This document shows, in pieces, positions 10,196 to 20,916 of a stretch of 55,015 nucleotides of DNA; positions within the stretch are counted from its first letter, which is position 1, and each line of letters opens with the position of its first letter. Source of the DNA: Thermoleophilia bacterium. Lineage in GTDB: Bacteria > Actinomycetota > Thermoleophilia > BMS3ABIN01. A model generated the notes under the pieces. The model was not told the DNA's origin and searched no databases. It was given only the letters and a program-made list of their open reading frames with translations. Where the stretch lies: assembly GCA_014874175.1 (NCBI GenBank), contig JACWAD010000024.1, positions 1 to 55,015 of the forward strand, given 5' to 3'. The position numbers and the translations under genes are program-made.

Positions 10196-10423
10196 ATGCC
10201 TTTGAAGGAACAGGTTGAACAAGCTTTGGAAAAGATCAGGCCGGCGCTGCAGGCTGACGGCGGCGACCTTGAACTGATAGATGTGACCGAGAGCGGAAAG
10301 GTGACGGTAAGATTGACGGGCGCATGCGGCGGCTGCCCGATGTCACAGATGACTTTGAAGATGGGAATCGAGCAGAGGCTTAAGGAAGAAATTCCTGAGG
10401 TTGCGCTCGTCGAAGCAGTTTGA
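10196..10423 (+). CDS. NifU/Nfu-type Fe-S cluster carrier
   Basis: IRPALQADGGD..GACGGCP motif; RBS GGAGGTG before ATG 10196. Confidence 0.92.
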   Translation: MPLKEQVEQALEKIRPALQADGGDLELIDVTESGKVTVRLTGACGGCPMSQMTLKMGIEQRLKEEIPEVALVEAV

Positions 10424-10437
10424 CGTTTGTTGATTTT

Positions 10438-10482
10438 GGCTGGGGGGGCGATGGGGGCTTTGCCCGCATCGCCCCCCCAGCC
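10438..10482. terminator. Long GC hairpin between the convergent nfu and EF-G genes
   Basis: ggctgggggggcgatg...catcgcccccccagcc inverted repeat. Confidence 0.65.
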
Positions 10483-10556
10483 CTGTCATGTTAGCAAAAA
10501 GTGGCTGGTCAACCGGCTGGCTGTTTGCGGCCGGAGGCGGCCAGCCGAGCCTCGCT

Positions 10557-12635
10557 CTACTTTTCTTCCTGGACCTTTTTCTCTTGCTCGATTATTTTCT
10601 GTGACAGGTGCGCCGGCACTTCGTCGTAACGGAGAAACTCCATCGCGTAGTCGCCGCGGCCGCCGGTCATCGAGCGCAGGTCCGGTGCGTAGGTTAGCAT
10701 CTCGGCCAGCGGCACCTCAACGTTAACCTGGTTCATCTTGCCCTTGGGCTCCATGCCCAACACCTTGCCGCGGCGCGAGTTCATGTCGCCGATGACGTCG
10801 CCGACGTTTTCTTCGGGCACCGTGACGTGCACGCTCATGATCGGCTCCAGCAGCACCGGGTCTGCCTGTTCGACCGCTTTCTTCAGGCCCATCGAGGCAG
10901 CAATCTTGAACGCCATTTCCGAAGAATCGACGGCATGATGGGAGCCATCATAAACCGTCACTTTCATGTCAACGAGCGGATGGCCGGAAAGCTCACCCTC
11001 CTTCATTGCGTCGACGACGCCTTTCTCCACCGCCGGGATGAATCCGCGCGGGATAACGCCGCCCACCACTTTGTCGGCAAACTCAAATCCTTCACCGCGG
11101 GGCTTGGGCTCGATCCTGAGCCAGGCGTCCCCGTACTGGCCGCGGCCGCCGGTCTGTTTTTTGTACTTGCCCTGGGCCTGCGCCTGCCTGCGGATCGTCT
11201 CCAGATAGGGAACCCGCGGCGGTTTTAAGTTGACCTCGGCGCCGTAGCGGCGCTTGATGCGGTCCATGGTCACTTCGACATGAACCTGGCTCAGTCCCGA
11301 AACCACTAGCTCGTTTGTCTGGGCGTCGCGCTCGACCACAAGCGTCGGGTCTTCCTCCTGAAGGCGCCTGAGCGCCGTGCCCACCTTTTCCTCATCGCCC
11401 TTGCTTTTGGGCTCCACGGCGAAGGACATCACCGGGTTGGGGAACTTCAGCGGCGGGAATGTCACCTGGCGGCTGTCTGCGCAGAGCGAATCGCCGGTCC
11501 CTGTTTCCTTCAGCTTGGCGACGGCGCCGATGTCGCCCGGCCCCAGCGCGTCCACGGGGCTGTTATCCTTGCCCTGCAGGCGCAGAAGCTGGCCGATGCG
11601 CTCCTTTGTCTTGCTCGCCGGATTGTAAACATTACTGTCACTTTTAAGTGCTCCGGTAAAAACGCGCAGAACGTTGATGCGGCCGCTGAAAGGGTCCGCC
11701 AGCGTCTTGAAGACAAAAGCGGCCACAGGCTCGCCGGCATCGCAGCGCAGCTTGACTTCTTCGTCGCTGCCGGCCTTAAGCGCGGTAACTGCCGGACGCC
11801 TGGCGGGGGAGGGGATGGCGTCAACAATCAAATCGAGCAGAAGATCAACGCCGGTTTTTTTGGTTGCGCAACCAGACACGACGGGGTAGATCGTGCCGGC
11901 GGCCACCCCCGCCTTTAGCGCCGCAAACATTTCTTCCCGGCTGATCTCCTCGCCCTCCAGGTATTTTTCCATCACGGCGTCGTCGTTCTCGGCCACGGCG
12001 TCCATCAGCTTCTCGCGGTATTCTTCCGCCTGGGCTGCCATCTCCCCGGGGATGGGAGACTCTTCGGCCTTGCCGCCTTCGTAGCGGAAGGCCTTCATGG
12101 CAAGCAGATCGATGACGCCGGCGAACTTGTCTTCAGCGCCAATGGGCAGCTGCGTGGCGACGGCGCCCTGGCCGAAAGATTCCTGCAGTTGTTGAAGAAC
12201 CGCAAAAAAGTCGGCCCGCTCCCGGTCCATCATGTTGATGAAAATAACGCGGCTGACCCCGTTATCCTCACATTGCTTCCAGAGGCGTTCATGCTGCACC
12301 TCCATCCCCGCCGCCGCGCCCACCACCGCCAGCGCGCCCTCCACGACGCGCAGCGAGGCGATGGTGTCGGCATGGAAGCTGGGGTCACCGGGAGTGTCAA
12401 TAATGTTGATATTATGGTTGCGCCATGTTGTGTGGCAAAGAGCCGAGTTTATGGAGTGCTGGCGCTTCTTCTCGTCTTCGTCGAAATCGGCCGCGGTTGA
12501 GCCCTGCTCGATCGTCCCCTGCCTGTTTACCGCGCCTGAAGTAAAGAGCATGGCTTCGGTAAGGCTGGTCTTGCCGGTGCCCCGGTGGCCGATTGCAGCG
12601 ACATTTCTGATCTTGGACGGATCTGCAGCGGGCAT
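10557..12635 (-). CDS. fusA: Elongation factor G paralogue (EF-G2 type)
   Basis: Full EF-G domain set (KKQTGGRGQYG, DGSHH.VDSSE.AF); divergent G motifs GHRGTGKT, RQHSI and NMMD; not in a ribosomal protein operon. Confidence 0.92.
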   Translation of the reverse strand: MPAADPSKIRNVAAIGHRGTGKTSLTEAMLFTSGAVNRQGTIEQGSTAADFDEDEKKRQHSINSALCHTTWRNHNINIIDTPGDPSFHADTIASLRVVEGALAVVGAAAGMEVQHERLWKQCEDNGVSRVIFINMMDRERADFFAVLQQLQESFGQGAVATQLPIGAEDKFAGVIDLLAMKAFRYEGGKAEESPIPGEMAAQAEEYREKLMDAVAENDDAVMEKYLEGEEISREEMFAALKAGVAAGTIYPVVSGCATKKTGVDLLLDLIVDAIPSPARRPAVTALKAGSDEEVKLRCDAGEPVAAFVFKTLADPFSGRINVLRVFTGALKSDSNVYNPASKTKERIGQLLRLQGKDNSPVDALGPGDIGAVAKLKETGTGDSLCADSRQVTFPPLKFPNPVMSFAVEPKSKGDEEKVGTALRRLQEEDPTLVVERDAQTNELVVSGLSQVHVEVTMDRIKRRYGAEVNLKPPRVPYLETIRRQAQAQGKYKKQTGGRGQYGDAWLRIEPKPRGEGFEFADKVVGGVIPRGFIPAVEKGVVDAMKEGELSGHPLVDMKVTVYDGSHHAVDSSEMAFKIAASMGLKKAVEQADPVLLEPIMSVHVTVPEENVGDVIGDMNSRRGKVLGMEPKGKMNQVNVEVPLAEMLTYAPDLRSMTGGRGDYAMEFLRYDEVPAHLSQKIIEQEKKVQEEK

Positions 12636-12684
12636 GTGAAGCAACTCCTTTGGTCAAGGATTTCAAAAAGTTTTTAAAGTATTA

Positions 12685-12802
12685 CTGAGCCGCCCCTTCG
12701 GCTTCGCTCAGGGCAGGCTTTGCGGCGAAGAATCTCAACAGAGGCTTAAGATCTTTCGCTACTGGCTCAGGCTGAATATAGACTGAATACGGCGAAGAAT
12801 CT
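12685..12802. repeat. REP/REPIN-like palindromic element (CTGAG...GAAGAATCT family)
   Basis: ctgagccgccccttcggcttcgctcagggcaggc...cgaagaatct...agatctttcgc...gctcag; near-identical to the copy at 37878. Confidence 0.75.
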
Positions 12803-12870
12803 GTGCATCTTCCCGCCGGAGCCTTCTTAAAGCAGGAAGGCGCGCCAAGATGAAATTCTATCCCCGAATT

Positions 12871-13671
12871 CTATTTCTGGCAATGCGGGCACCAGAATGT
12901 CTTGCGGCCTCTTTTTATCATCTCGATCTTGTGGCCGTCACGAGGGCAAGGCTGGCCGGCGCGGCGGTGGACCTTCTCCCGGTAGCGGCCGCGGCGGCCG
13001 CGGGCGTCGCGGAATTCCTCCTCGCCGCCGGCCTTGATGCTTTCCCTGAGCGTTAATTTGATCTGCCTGGCCAGCTCCTCAAGCTCGGAGCCGGAAAGCT
13101 CGCTCACCTTGCGGAAGGGGCTCAGGCGCGCGTTCCAGAGGATCTCGTCGGAGTAGTTGTTGCCGATGCCGCCGAGCGCGTACTGGTCCATTAGCGCCGC
13201 TTTCAGCTGTTTTTTTGACGGCAGCAGAGCCGACAGCTTCTTTGCCGTCAGGCTTCCCGTCAGGGGATCGGCGCCGCTTTTAAGCACAGGCAGACGGCCC
13301 AGTTCTTCCTCATGGGCCAGATGAAACTCGCTCAGCTGCATGTCGGTAAAATCCAGCGCCGAGCCGTCCTCAAAGTTCCAGGCTACGCCATCTGTTGTCG
13401 CGACCGGCTGTTTGCGGCAGATGGCCAGCGCCCCCAGCTTGTAATGGAAGACGACAGCCCAGCCCCCGCTTAAATGAAAAAGGAGCGCCTTGCCCCGCCG
13501 CTCGATTCCCCTGACACTGCGCCCGGCAAGCCCGCGGGCAAATGCGCGCTTGTCCTCGCGGGGCGTGCGGATAGAGCGCTCGCGCTCAACCAGCACCCGG
13601 GAAATTTTCCTGCCCGTCACGCAGGAGGCCATAGAACGCAGCGCCACTTCAAGCTCGGGCAACTCCGGCAT
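12871..13671 (-). CDS. mutM: Fpg/Nei family DNA glycosylase
   Basis: N-terminal MPELPE, RRGK, GIGN.YSDEIL H2TH motif and a C-terminal zinc finger (CPRD...CPHCQ). Confidence 0.88.
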   Translation of the reverse strand: MPELPELEVALRSMASCVTGRKISRVLVERERSIRTPREDKRAFARGLAGRSVRGIERRGKALLFHLSGGWAVVFHYKLGALAICRKQPVATTDGVAWNFEDGSALDFTDMQLSEFHLAHEEELGRLPVLKSGADPLTGSLTAKKLSALLPSKKQLKAALMDQYALGGIGNNYSDEILWNARLSPFRKVSELSGSELEELARQIKLTLRESIKAGGEEEFRDARGRRGRYREKVHRRAGQPCPRDGHKIEMIKRGRKTFWCPHCQK

Positions 13672-13673
13672 CG

Positions 13674-14666
13674 TTACTCGGTCCTTTTTATCCCCTTGGC
13701 GTCAACGCTGATTTTATCTACCTTTTTGACAACAGAATTAGTATTGAGGTCAACAATATAAAGCGTGCTTTCGCCGCCGCCCGGATCGGTCGCGTCCGTA
13801 AACAGGTACCTGCCGTCTGCGCTGAAAGCGGCGCCATAATAATCCGCCCCCGTGTTGGAGTCCGGCGCCAGCGGGCCGGACAACGCCGCCCTGGCCGCAT
13901 CGATCCTGAGAATCTTTCCCAGGCACATGACATAGACAAACCTGCCGTCGGCGGAAGTGACAACCTCGTGCGTTTTCTTGATTCCTGGGAGGCTGATTGT
14001 CTTTCTTAAAGACGGCGATGGCCAGCTGTAGATCGCCAGCTCAGCGGCGCCGTTCGTGGCCGTGCCGGCGACATAGGCGCTGGCGCCGTCCGGCGACCAG
14101 GAGATGCCGCTAACTGATGAAAGCTCCGGAAAACTCATTGATGGCGCCAGCGTGCCGCTGGCCGGATCGAGCCTGTAGAAAAGCCTGGCCGGGCCGCTGC
14201 CATCGATGGCGCCGGCGGCGTAGAGCAGCTTGTCGGGGCCGGGAACAAGCGTCTTTAGGCTTGCTGCCGGAGTCTCAATATTACGGTCGTGGACCCAGTT
14301 GTTCCCGTCCCAGCGAAAGCTGTCGATCTCGCCATTGGCGTCGCTGGCCACGAACAGGGAGCCGCCGCCGGGGGTCACGTAGACATCGGCAGGGGAGGCC
14401 GCCAGATCCTGCTCAACCGTTTTTTCCACAAAGCCGCTGACATTGTCATATATGCGCACAGAGCCAAACTGCGGGTCCGGCCCCCCGGCGTCGGCAATGT
14501 AAAGAAGGGCTCCGCGCCAGTCGGCAGACCTGTTTATTATAGTCCTCTGCGGGGCCGAAGTGTCAGGGCCGGAGCAGGCGCTAAGGACTGTGGAGGCGGC
14601 AATCAAAGGGATCAGAAAAAGAATAATCCGTGTCCACTGGTTGTTATTCACATGGTTAATTTGCAC
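13674..14666 (-). CDS. Beta-propeller (YncE-like) lipoprotein
   Basis: Lipobox LSAC; repeated SPDG/SADG..LYV blades. Confidence 0.75.
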   Translation of the reverse strand: MQINHVNNNQWTRIILFLIPLIAASTVLSACSGPDTSAPQRTIINRSADWRGALLYIADAGGPDPQFGSVRIYDNVSGFVEKTVEQDLAASPADVYVTPGGGSLFVASDANGEIDSFRWDGNNWVHDRNIETPAASLKTLVPGPDKLLYAAGAIDGSGPARLFYRLDPASGTLAPSMSFPELSSVSGISWSPDGASAYVAGTATNGAAELAIYSWPSPSLRKTISLPGIKKTHEVVTSADGRFVYVMCLGKILRIDAARAALSGPLAPDSNTGADYYGAAFSADGRYLFTDATDPGGGESTLYIVDLNTNSVVKKVDKISVDAKGIKRTE

Positions 14667-14704
14667 TTATCATCCAGTCCCGCGTGAGGCAAGCTATCAG
14701 GATT

Positions 14705-14769
14705 ATCCAGCATCCAGCATCCAGAATCCAGAATCCGGTTTATCCAGGATCCATGATCCAGAATCCGGT
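14705..14769 (+). repeat. Heptamer tandem repeat array (ATCCAGN)n
   Basis: atccagc atccagc atccaga atccaga atccggt tt atccagg atccatg atccaga atccggt. Confidence 0.85.
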
Positions 14770-14870
14770 TTTAGGGAATATTACTGTTGTAAAATTAAGT
14801 TAGTCTGTTCGCTTTATTTCTGCGAGCAGGCCGTTTTGAACCTTTATTGTTTTTATGAAGGAGCAATGTT

Positions 14871-15113
14871 ATGCCACCCAAGTGTCCCGGAAGCGACGTA
14901 GAAATCACAATCAAGGCCTGCCACCGCTGCGGCGGCGAGGTGGAGCTGTTTACAGGGGAGGCCAAGGCCAAGTGCCCCGACTGTGGCCAGTTGGTCTGGC
15001 GGGAAGTGGCGTCATGTATCGAATGGTGCCCCGGCGCCAGCAAATGTTTTCGCCATGTCTTTAAAGAAGAAAAGGCAGCCGGAAAGAAAAGCGGCGGCGA
15101 AGAAGAATCCTGA
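14871..15113 (+). CDS. Small Cys-rich metal-binding protein
   Basis: RBS AAGGAG; eight Cys arranged as CPG...CxxC...CxxC...CxxWCxxxxxC. Confidence 0.75.
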   Translation: MPPKCPGSDVEITIKACHRCGGEVELFTGEAKAKCPDCGQLVWREVASCIEWCPGASKCFRHVFKEEKAAGKKSGGEEES

Positions 15114-15221
15114 CCTGTTCTGGGTCGCCAATCCCAACTCCCCAGCTGCTATTGTGAGCTCAAAAAAGGGGGCATGACCTCATCGATTTGAAGAACATTA
15201 ATCTTGAGGCAATTCGCGCAT

Positions 15222-15250
15222 TTGACAAAGGACGGGCGCCACATTATCAT
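15222..15250 (+). promoter_or_regulatory. Sigma70-type groESL promoter
   Basis: TTGACA-N17-TATCAT. Confidence 0.85.
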
Positions 15251-15263
15251 GTTCTGGCGCAAG

Positions 15264-15290
15264 TTGGCACTCTAATAATTAGAGTGCCAA
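15264..15290 (+). promoter_or_regulatory. CIRCE element (HrcA operator)
   Basis: TTGGCACTC-N9-GAGTGCCAA between the promoter and groES. Confidence 0.95.
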
Positions 15291-15336
15291 CTTTAGCGTC
15301 AAAATCCATTTTTTCAAACCGAAGGAGGGTTGTTTT

Positions 15337-15630
15337 ATGAATCTGAAACCTCTTGAAGACCGCGTAATCGTCAAGACCGTCGAATCCGAGGACGTCACTG
15401 CCAGCGGCATCGTTCTTCCCGACACCGCCCAGGAGAAACCACAGCGGGGCAAGGTGGTCGCCGTCGGCGACGGCAAGCTGGATGACAGCGGCAAGCGGAT
15501 GCCGCTGGACGTCAAGAAGGGCGACGAAGTTATCTACAGCAAGTACGGCGGCACCGAGGTCAAGGTTGAAGGCGAGGAGCTGTTGATCCTGAAAGCAAGC
15601 GACATCCTGGCCAAAGTGGTAAAAAAATAA
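15337..15630 (+). CDS. groES: Co-chaperonin GroES
   Basis: [21 protein letters not shown] and YSKYGGTE motifs. Confidence 0.98.
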   Translation: MNLKPLEDRVIVKTVESEDVTASGIVLPDTAQEKPQRGKVVAVGDGKLDDSGKRMPLDVKKGDEVIYSKYGGTEVKVEGEELLILKASDILAKVVKK

Positions 15631-15647
15631 AGCCGGGAAAGGAGTGA

Positions 15648-17267
<1,620 letters not shown>

Positions 17268-17270
17268 TAA

Positions 17271-17305
17271 ACCGGATGCTGGATACTGGACTCTGGATGC
17301 TGGAT
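17271..17305 (-). repeat. Heptamer array, reverse complement of the 14705 family
   Basis: accggat gctggat actggac tctggat gctggat. Confidence 0.75.
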
Positions 17306-17374
17306 AAAACAAAATCCAGAGGTTTATAAACAGATTCCGGATTCTGAATAAAACCGGCATTAATTCCGGATTTT

Positions 17375-17423
17375 AGGGGGGCGGCGCCGCAGGCGCCGCC
17401 CCCCTTTGTTCTTGCTTTTATTT
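17375..17423 (+). terminator. groESL intrinsic terminator
   Basis: aggggggcggcgcc-gca-ggcgccgcccccct followed by a T-rich tail. Confidence 0.85.
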
Positions 17424-17505
17424 TTCCCCGTTAGGCCTTTGCGCTTGAACCTCGCACTGCGAGCGCCAGGCCAGTCCGGTTCGCAGATTAATTTCCCTGG
17501 TTTTT

Positions 17506-17540
17506 GTCCGCTATCCGCCATCCGCCATCCACCATCCGCT
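17506..17540 (+). repeat. Heptamer array (ATCCGCC)n
   Basis: gtccgct atccgcc atccgcc atccacc atccgct. Confidence 0.7.
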
Positions 17541-17542
17541 TA

Positions 17543-17630
17543 TTAAAGCGAAAGGCCCTCGGGAAACGAGGGCCTTTCGCCGGGTATAAGGGATGAAGGG
17601 GTGAAACAGGCACACGCCCTTCCGCCTAAT
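17543..17630 (-). ncRNA. Candidate small RNA: CU-rich segment plus intrinsic terminator
   Basis: Minus strand UUUCACCCCUUCAUCCCUUAUACCC, then a perfect 14-bp hairpin (17548-17580) and UUU; no ORF. Confidence 0.35.
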
Positions 17631-17816
17631 TTTCAACACGTGTCAAGATAATCCTCTTGTTTTTTAAAAAAATATCAGGAAGCGAGGAACAAGAAAAGAC
17701 TGACAATTCCGCCATCCAACAATTAAACCGCGCTGTCAGAAGCGCGGTTGATAACCTGGTCTGTATTTTGCCCGGGATTATGTCCGGGTGACTGACTGCT
17801 CTTCCAGGCTCTTGTT

Positions 17817-18200
17817 CTAGGCTGCCTTCTTCTCTTCAGCTTGCGGCGCTGCCGACGGCCGGCCCGTTATGCTGATGGCCTCCTTGATGTCACTGCCCTG
17901 CACCGCCAGCATTGCCACCAGAGGAACCAACTGCAGTGCGATGCCCGCCAGAAGCAGGCCAATTGACAGGAACTGCAGGCCGCTTACCCAAGCCGTTGTC
18001 ACTTGCACATTATGCAGCGCATCTCCCACTGCCGTACCCGGCCCGGCCGTGGCGCGAACAGCTGGATCGGCGCCATAGTAAGTGCCGTTCTGGCTGGCGA
18101 TATAGAAGCCGAATGCAAACACGACCAGCAGGCCGATCACGCCCAGAAAGGTGGCCCATCTGCCGATCCTGCCCATCATATGTGCTCTTTCCCAGGTCAT
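17817..18200 (-). CDS. Hypothetical two-TM membrane protein
   Basis: Strong RBS GGAGGTGA; two hydrophobic helices; hairpin at 17726-17749 downstream. Confidence 0.7.
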   Translation of the reverse strand: MTWERAHMMGRIGRWATFLGVIGLLVVFAFGFYIASQNGTYYGADPAVRATAGPGTAVGDALHNVQVTTAWVSGLQFLSIGLLLAGIALQLVPLVAMLAVQGSDIKEAISITGRPSAAPQAEEKKAA

Positions 18201-18314
18201 TTTTTTTCACCTCCCCAAAATCGGAGCCTTGACCAGGCTTCGTATTTCAGTTTTTCAATAATATGAGCATCCCCTCTTTTGGCAAATAAAAACCTTGCTG
18301 ATCATCCAATCAGC

Positions 18315-19508
18315 TTATCCGGACTGCTGCTTTTTAACATTTTTGACCGGAGCCCGGGCGGCTGCCGGCTGACTTCGCCGCACCGCGTCATGAAAAGCCG
18401 CGGTGATGTCGCCCGTCTTCCTGAAAGCCTGGATCTGCAGCTGGGCGCCGTTGCCGTGCTTGAGGATGCCGGCAGCGCGGCGGATATATTTTCCCAGCCC
18501 CAGGCGCACCTGGGCGGCGGCGCTGTAATCCATGAGCTGCCTGACCGCGTCTTTTGTAGGGACTTCCCTTTTTTTGCCAAAGTCAACAAGCTTGCCGTCC
18601 AGGCCGTACCTGAGTGCGCGCCACAGGTTTTCCTCGATTTCGTGGGTTCCTGTCACCGGCAGCAGGCGGCCGGCATCATAAGCATCCGCCAGCGCCGCTA
18701 CCATGGCTACCGTAAGCGCCGCCACCGCCAGCGAGTCTTCGATATTGGCCTGGCAGTCGCAAATGCGGATCTCGAGCGTGCCAAAAATTGGGTGCGGCCG
18801 GACGCTCCACCATATTTGTGTTGGTTCATTGATCGAGTTTGTTGACATCAGTGTTTCCACGTAGTCCGCATAATGATGCCAGTCACGGAAAGGCCCGGGA
18901 ATGCCGCAGCGCGGGAAAAACTTGGTAAACAGCTGCGTCCTGGTGGAATGCAGGTGGGTGTACCTGCCCTCGGAAAAGGGCGAGTTGGCCGACAAAGCCA
19001 GCAGATGGGGCAGGAAACCGCGCATGGCGTTAAAGACGGCGATCAGCCGCTCACGGCCGCGGACGCCCACATGTGTGTGCATGCCAAAGGTCAGGTTCCG
19101 CCAGGCGCAATAGCGGAGTTTGTCGTCGATCACGCGGTAGTGGGGCGTGTCAATGATGCGCTGGTCGCGCCAGTCGGCAAAGGGATGCGTGCCGGTGGCG
19201 CCCAGCGCCACACCCAGCTGCGCCGCCGCCTCGAAGAGATGCCGGCGTTTGCCCTTGAGATCCGCTTCCACGGCCGTCATTGAATGGCAAATTTCTGTAC
19301 AAACCTCAATCTCGGAAGCGATCAGCTCGCCTCTGGCAAAGGTGCCGATGTGCTCATGCGCCAGCTCTTGCAGCTGTTCGAAACGGTTGGTTAGCGCCAG
19401 GCTGCCGGGGTCCAGTATCTGGAATTCTTCCTCCACGCCAATTGTGAAGTCTTCTGCGGTGTCAAAGCGGGCCGCAGCCTGCTGGGTGCTGTAGCGTTTC
19501 CAGACCAA
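18315..19508 (-). CDS. YbdK/GCS2 family carboxylate-amine (glutamate-cysteine) ligase
   Basis: FTIGVEEEFQ, GTHPF, GMHTHVG, SANSPF and WWSVRPHP.FGTLEIR.CD motifs. Confidence 0.92.
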   Translation of the reverse strand: MVWKRYSTQQAAARFDTAEDFTIGVEEEFQILDPGSLALTNRFEQLQELAHEHIGTFARGELIASEIEVCTEICHSMTAVEADLKGKRRHLFEAAAQLGVALGATGTHPFADWRDQRIIDTPHYRVIDDKLRYCAWRNLTFGMHTHVGVRGRERLIAVFNAMRGFLPHLLALSANSPFSEGRYTHLHSTRTQLFTKFFPRCGIPGPFRDWHHYADYVETLMSTNSINEPTQIWWSVRPHPIFGTLEIRICDCQANIEDSLAVAALTVAMVAALADAYDAGRLLPVTGTHEIEENLWRALRYGLDGKLVDFGKKREVPTKDAVRQLMDYSAAAQVRLGLGKYIRRAAGILKHGNGAQLQIQAFRKTGDITAAFHDAVRRSQPAAARAPVKNVKKQQSG

Positions 19509-19512
19509 ATAC

Positions 19513-20850
19513 CTATTCCAGTCTCTCCTGCAAGCGCACGAGGTCTTCGTAAGCCTCCCGCCTTATGACTACCCGCGCCCTTCCCTCCCTAACGAAAACG
19601 ACCGCGGGCCGGGGCTGGCCATTGTAATTGTTGGCCATGGAGTAACCGTAAGCGCCGGTAGCCGGAGTGACGAGGATGTCGCCCGGAACCGGCTCGGGCA
19701 GCGGCGCCGCTTTGACCAGAATGTCACCGGACTCGCAGTGCTTTCCGGCAACCGTGGCGGTCATCGCAGGCTCAGCCAGGGGACGGTTTGCAATAAGGGC
19801 CTGGTAGTTGGCTCCGTAAAGCATTGGTCTTAAATTGTCCGACATGCCGCCGTTGACGGCCACAAAATTCCTGACGCCGGGGACGGTTTTCACTGTTTCA
19901 ATTTCATAAGCAGTCAGGCCCGCGTTGGCGACAATGGAGCGGCCCGGCTCAACCGCGATGCGCGGCAGCGGCAGGCCACGCCTCTCTATCTCCGCCTCCA
20001 CGCTGGATACGACCGCTTCAACCAGTTGATCAACAGCAGGCGGATCGTCCCCAGGGCCGTAAACAGCCCCGAGGCCGCCGCCTAGGTCAAGCAGCCGGCA
20101 GTCAAAGCCATGTTGTTCGCGGGCAAGGGCGAGGAAGTCCGCCAGCACGGCAACAGTTTGGCGGTAAGGCTCGAGGGCGAAAATCTGGGAGCCGATGTGA
20201 GCATGCACCCCTGTGAGCTCAAGGCTTTCCGCCTTTTGCGCCGCAGCAACAGCTTTAAGGGCGGATTCATCGGCCAGGGGAAAGCCGAATTTTGAATCAA
20301 GCGTGCCGGTCTGGATGAACTCATGCGTATGAGCTTCGATTCCCGGCGTGACGCGGAGCAGCACCTGCTGGCGGCGGCCCCGCTGGCTGGCGGCGCGGTC
20401 CAGCTCCATCAGCTCGTCCAGCGAGTCAATGACAATGTGGCCGACCTCCGAGCGGAGAGCAAAATCCAGCTCGGAGGCGGTGTTGGCATTGCCGTGCAGG
20501 AAGATCTTTTCAGGGGGGAACCAGGCCGCCAGCGCCGTATAAAGCTCGCCTCCGGAAGCAGCGTCAAGCGACAAACCTTCCTGGGCCGCCAGCTGGCAGA
20601 TGGCAATGCAGGAAAAAGCCTTGCTGGCGTAAATGACCTCGAAATCGCCGCTGCGCGATGAAAAGGCCTCCATGTACGCGCGGCACCTGTTCCTGAGCTC
20701 CTGCTCGTCGTAAATAAACAGGGGGGTGCCATGCTCGCGGGCCAGCTCGACCACGTCGCAGCCGCCCACCTCCAGGCGGCCGACGGCATTGATCTTACTT
20801 GATCCAGGCAGGGGCGGAATTGGAAGCTTCATAGGAAGCGAAACTAGCAT
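19513..20850 (-). CDS. lysA: Diaminopimelate decarboxylase (start possibly 20832)
   Basis: YASKAF PLP lysine, SKFG, HIGSQ, EPGR and HCESGD motifs. Confidence 0.95.
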   Translation of the reverse strand: MLVSLPMKLPIPPLPGSSKINAVGRLEVGGCDVVELAREHGTPLFIYDEQELRNRCRAYMEAFSSRSGDFEVIYASKAFSCIAICQLAAQEGLSLDAASGGELYTALAAWFPPEKIFLHGNANTASELDFALRSEVGHIVIDSLDELMELDRAASQRGRRQQVLLRVTPGIEAHTHEFIQTGTLDSKFGFPLADESALKAVAAAQKAESLELTGVHAHIGSQIFALEPYRQTVAVLADFLALAREQHGFDCRLLDLGGGLGAVYGPGDDPPAVDQLVEAVVSSVEAEIERRGLPLPRIAVEPGRSIVANAGLTAYEIETVKTVPGVRNFVAVNGGMSDNLRPMLYGANYQALIANRPLAEPAMTATVAGKHCESGDILVKAAPLPEPVPGDILVTPATGAYGYSMANNYNGQPRPAVVFVREGRARVVIRREAYEDLVRLQERLE

Positions 20851-20916
20851 AACCCCTCAGGATCGGTCAAACCGGATCTTGAGGCTCCCGCTCTCTCTCT
20901 GATATAGTTTTACTGG

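Noticed and set aside
10421-10482. Sec read-through of the nfu TGA
   Set aside because: The Nfu domain is complete at the stop, and the hairpin is better explained as a terminator.
14705-14769. Possible CRISPR array
   Set aside because: The units are contiguous 7-mers without unique spacers, and there are no cas genes in the window.
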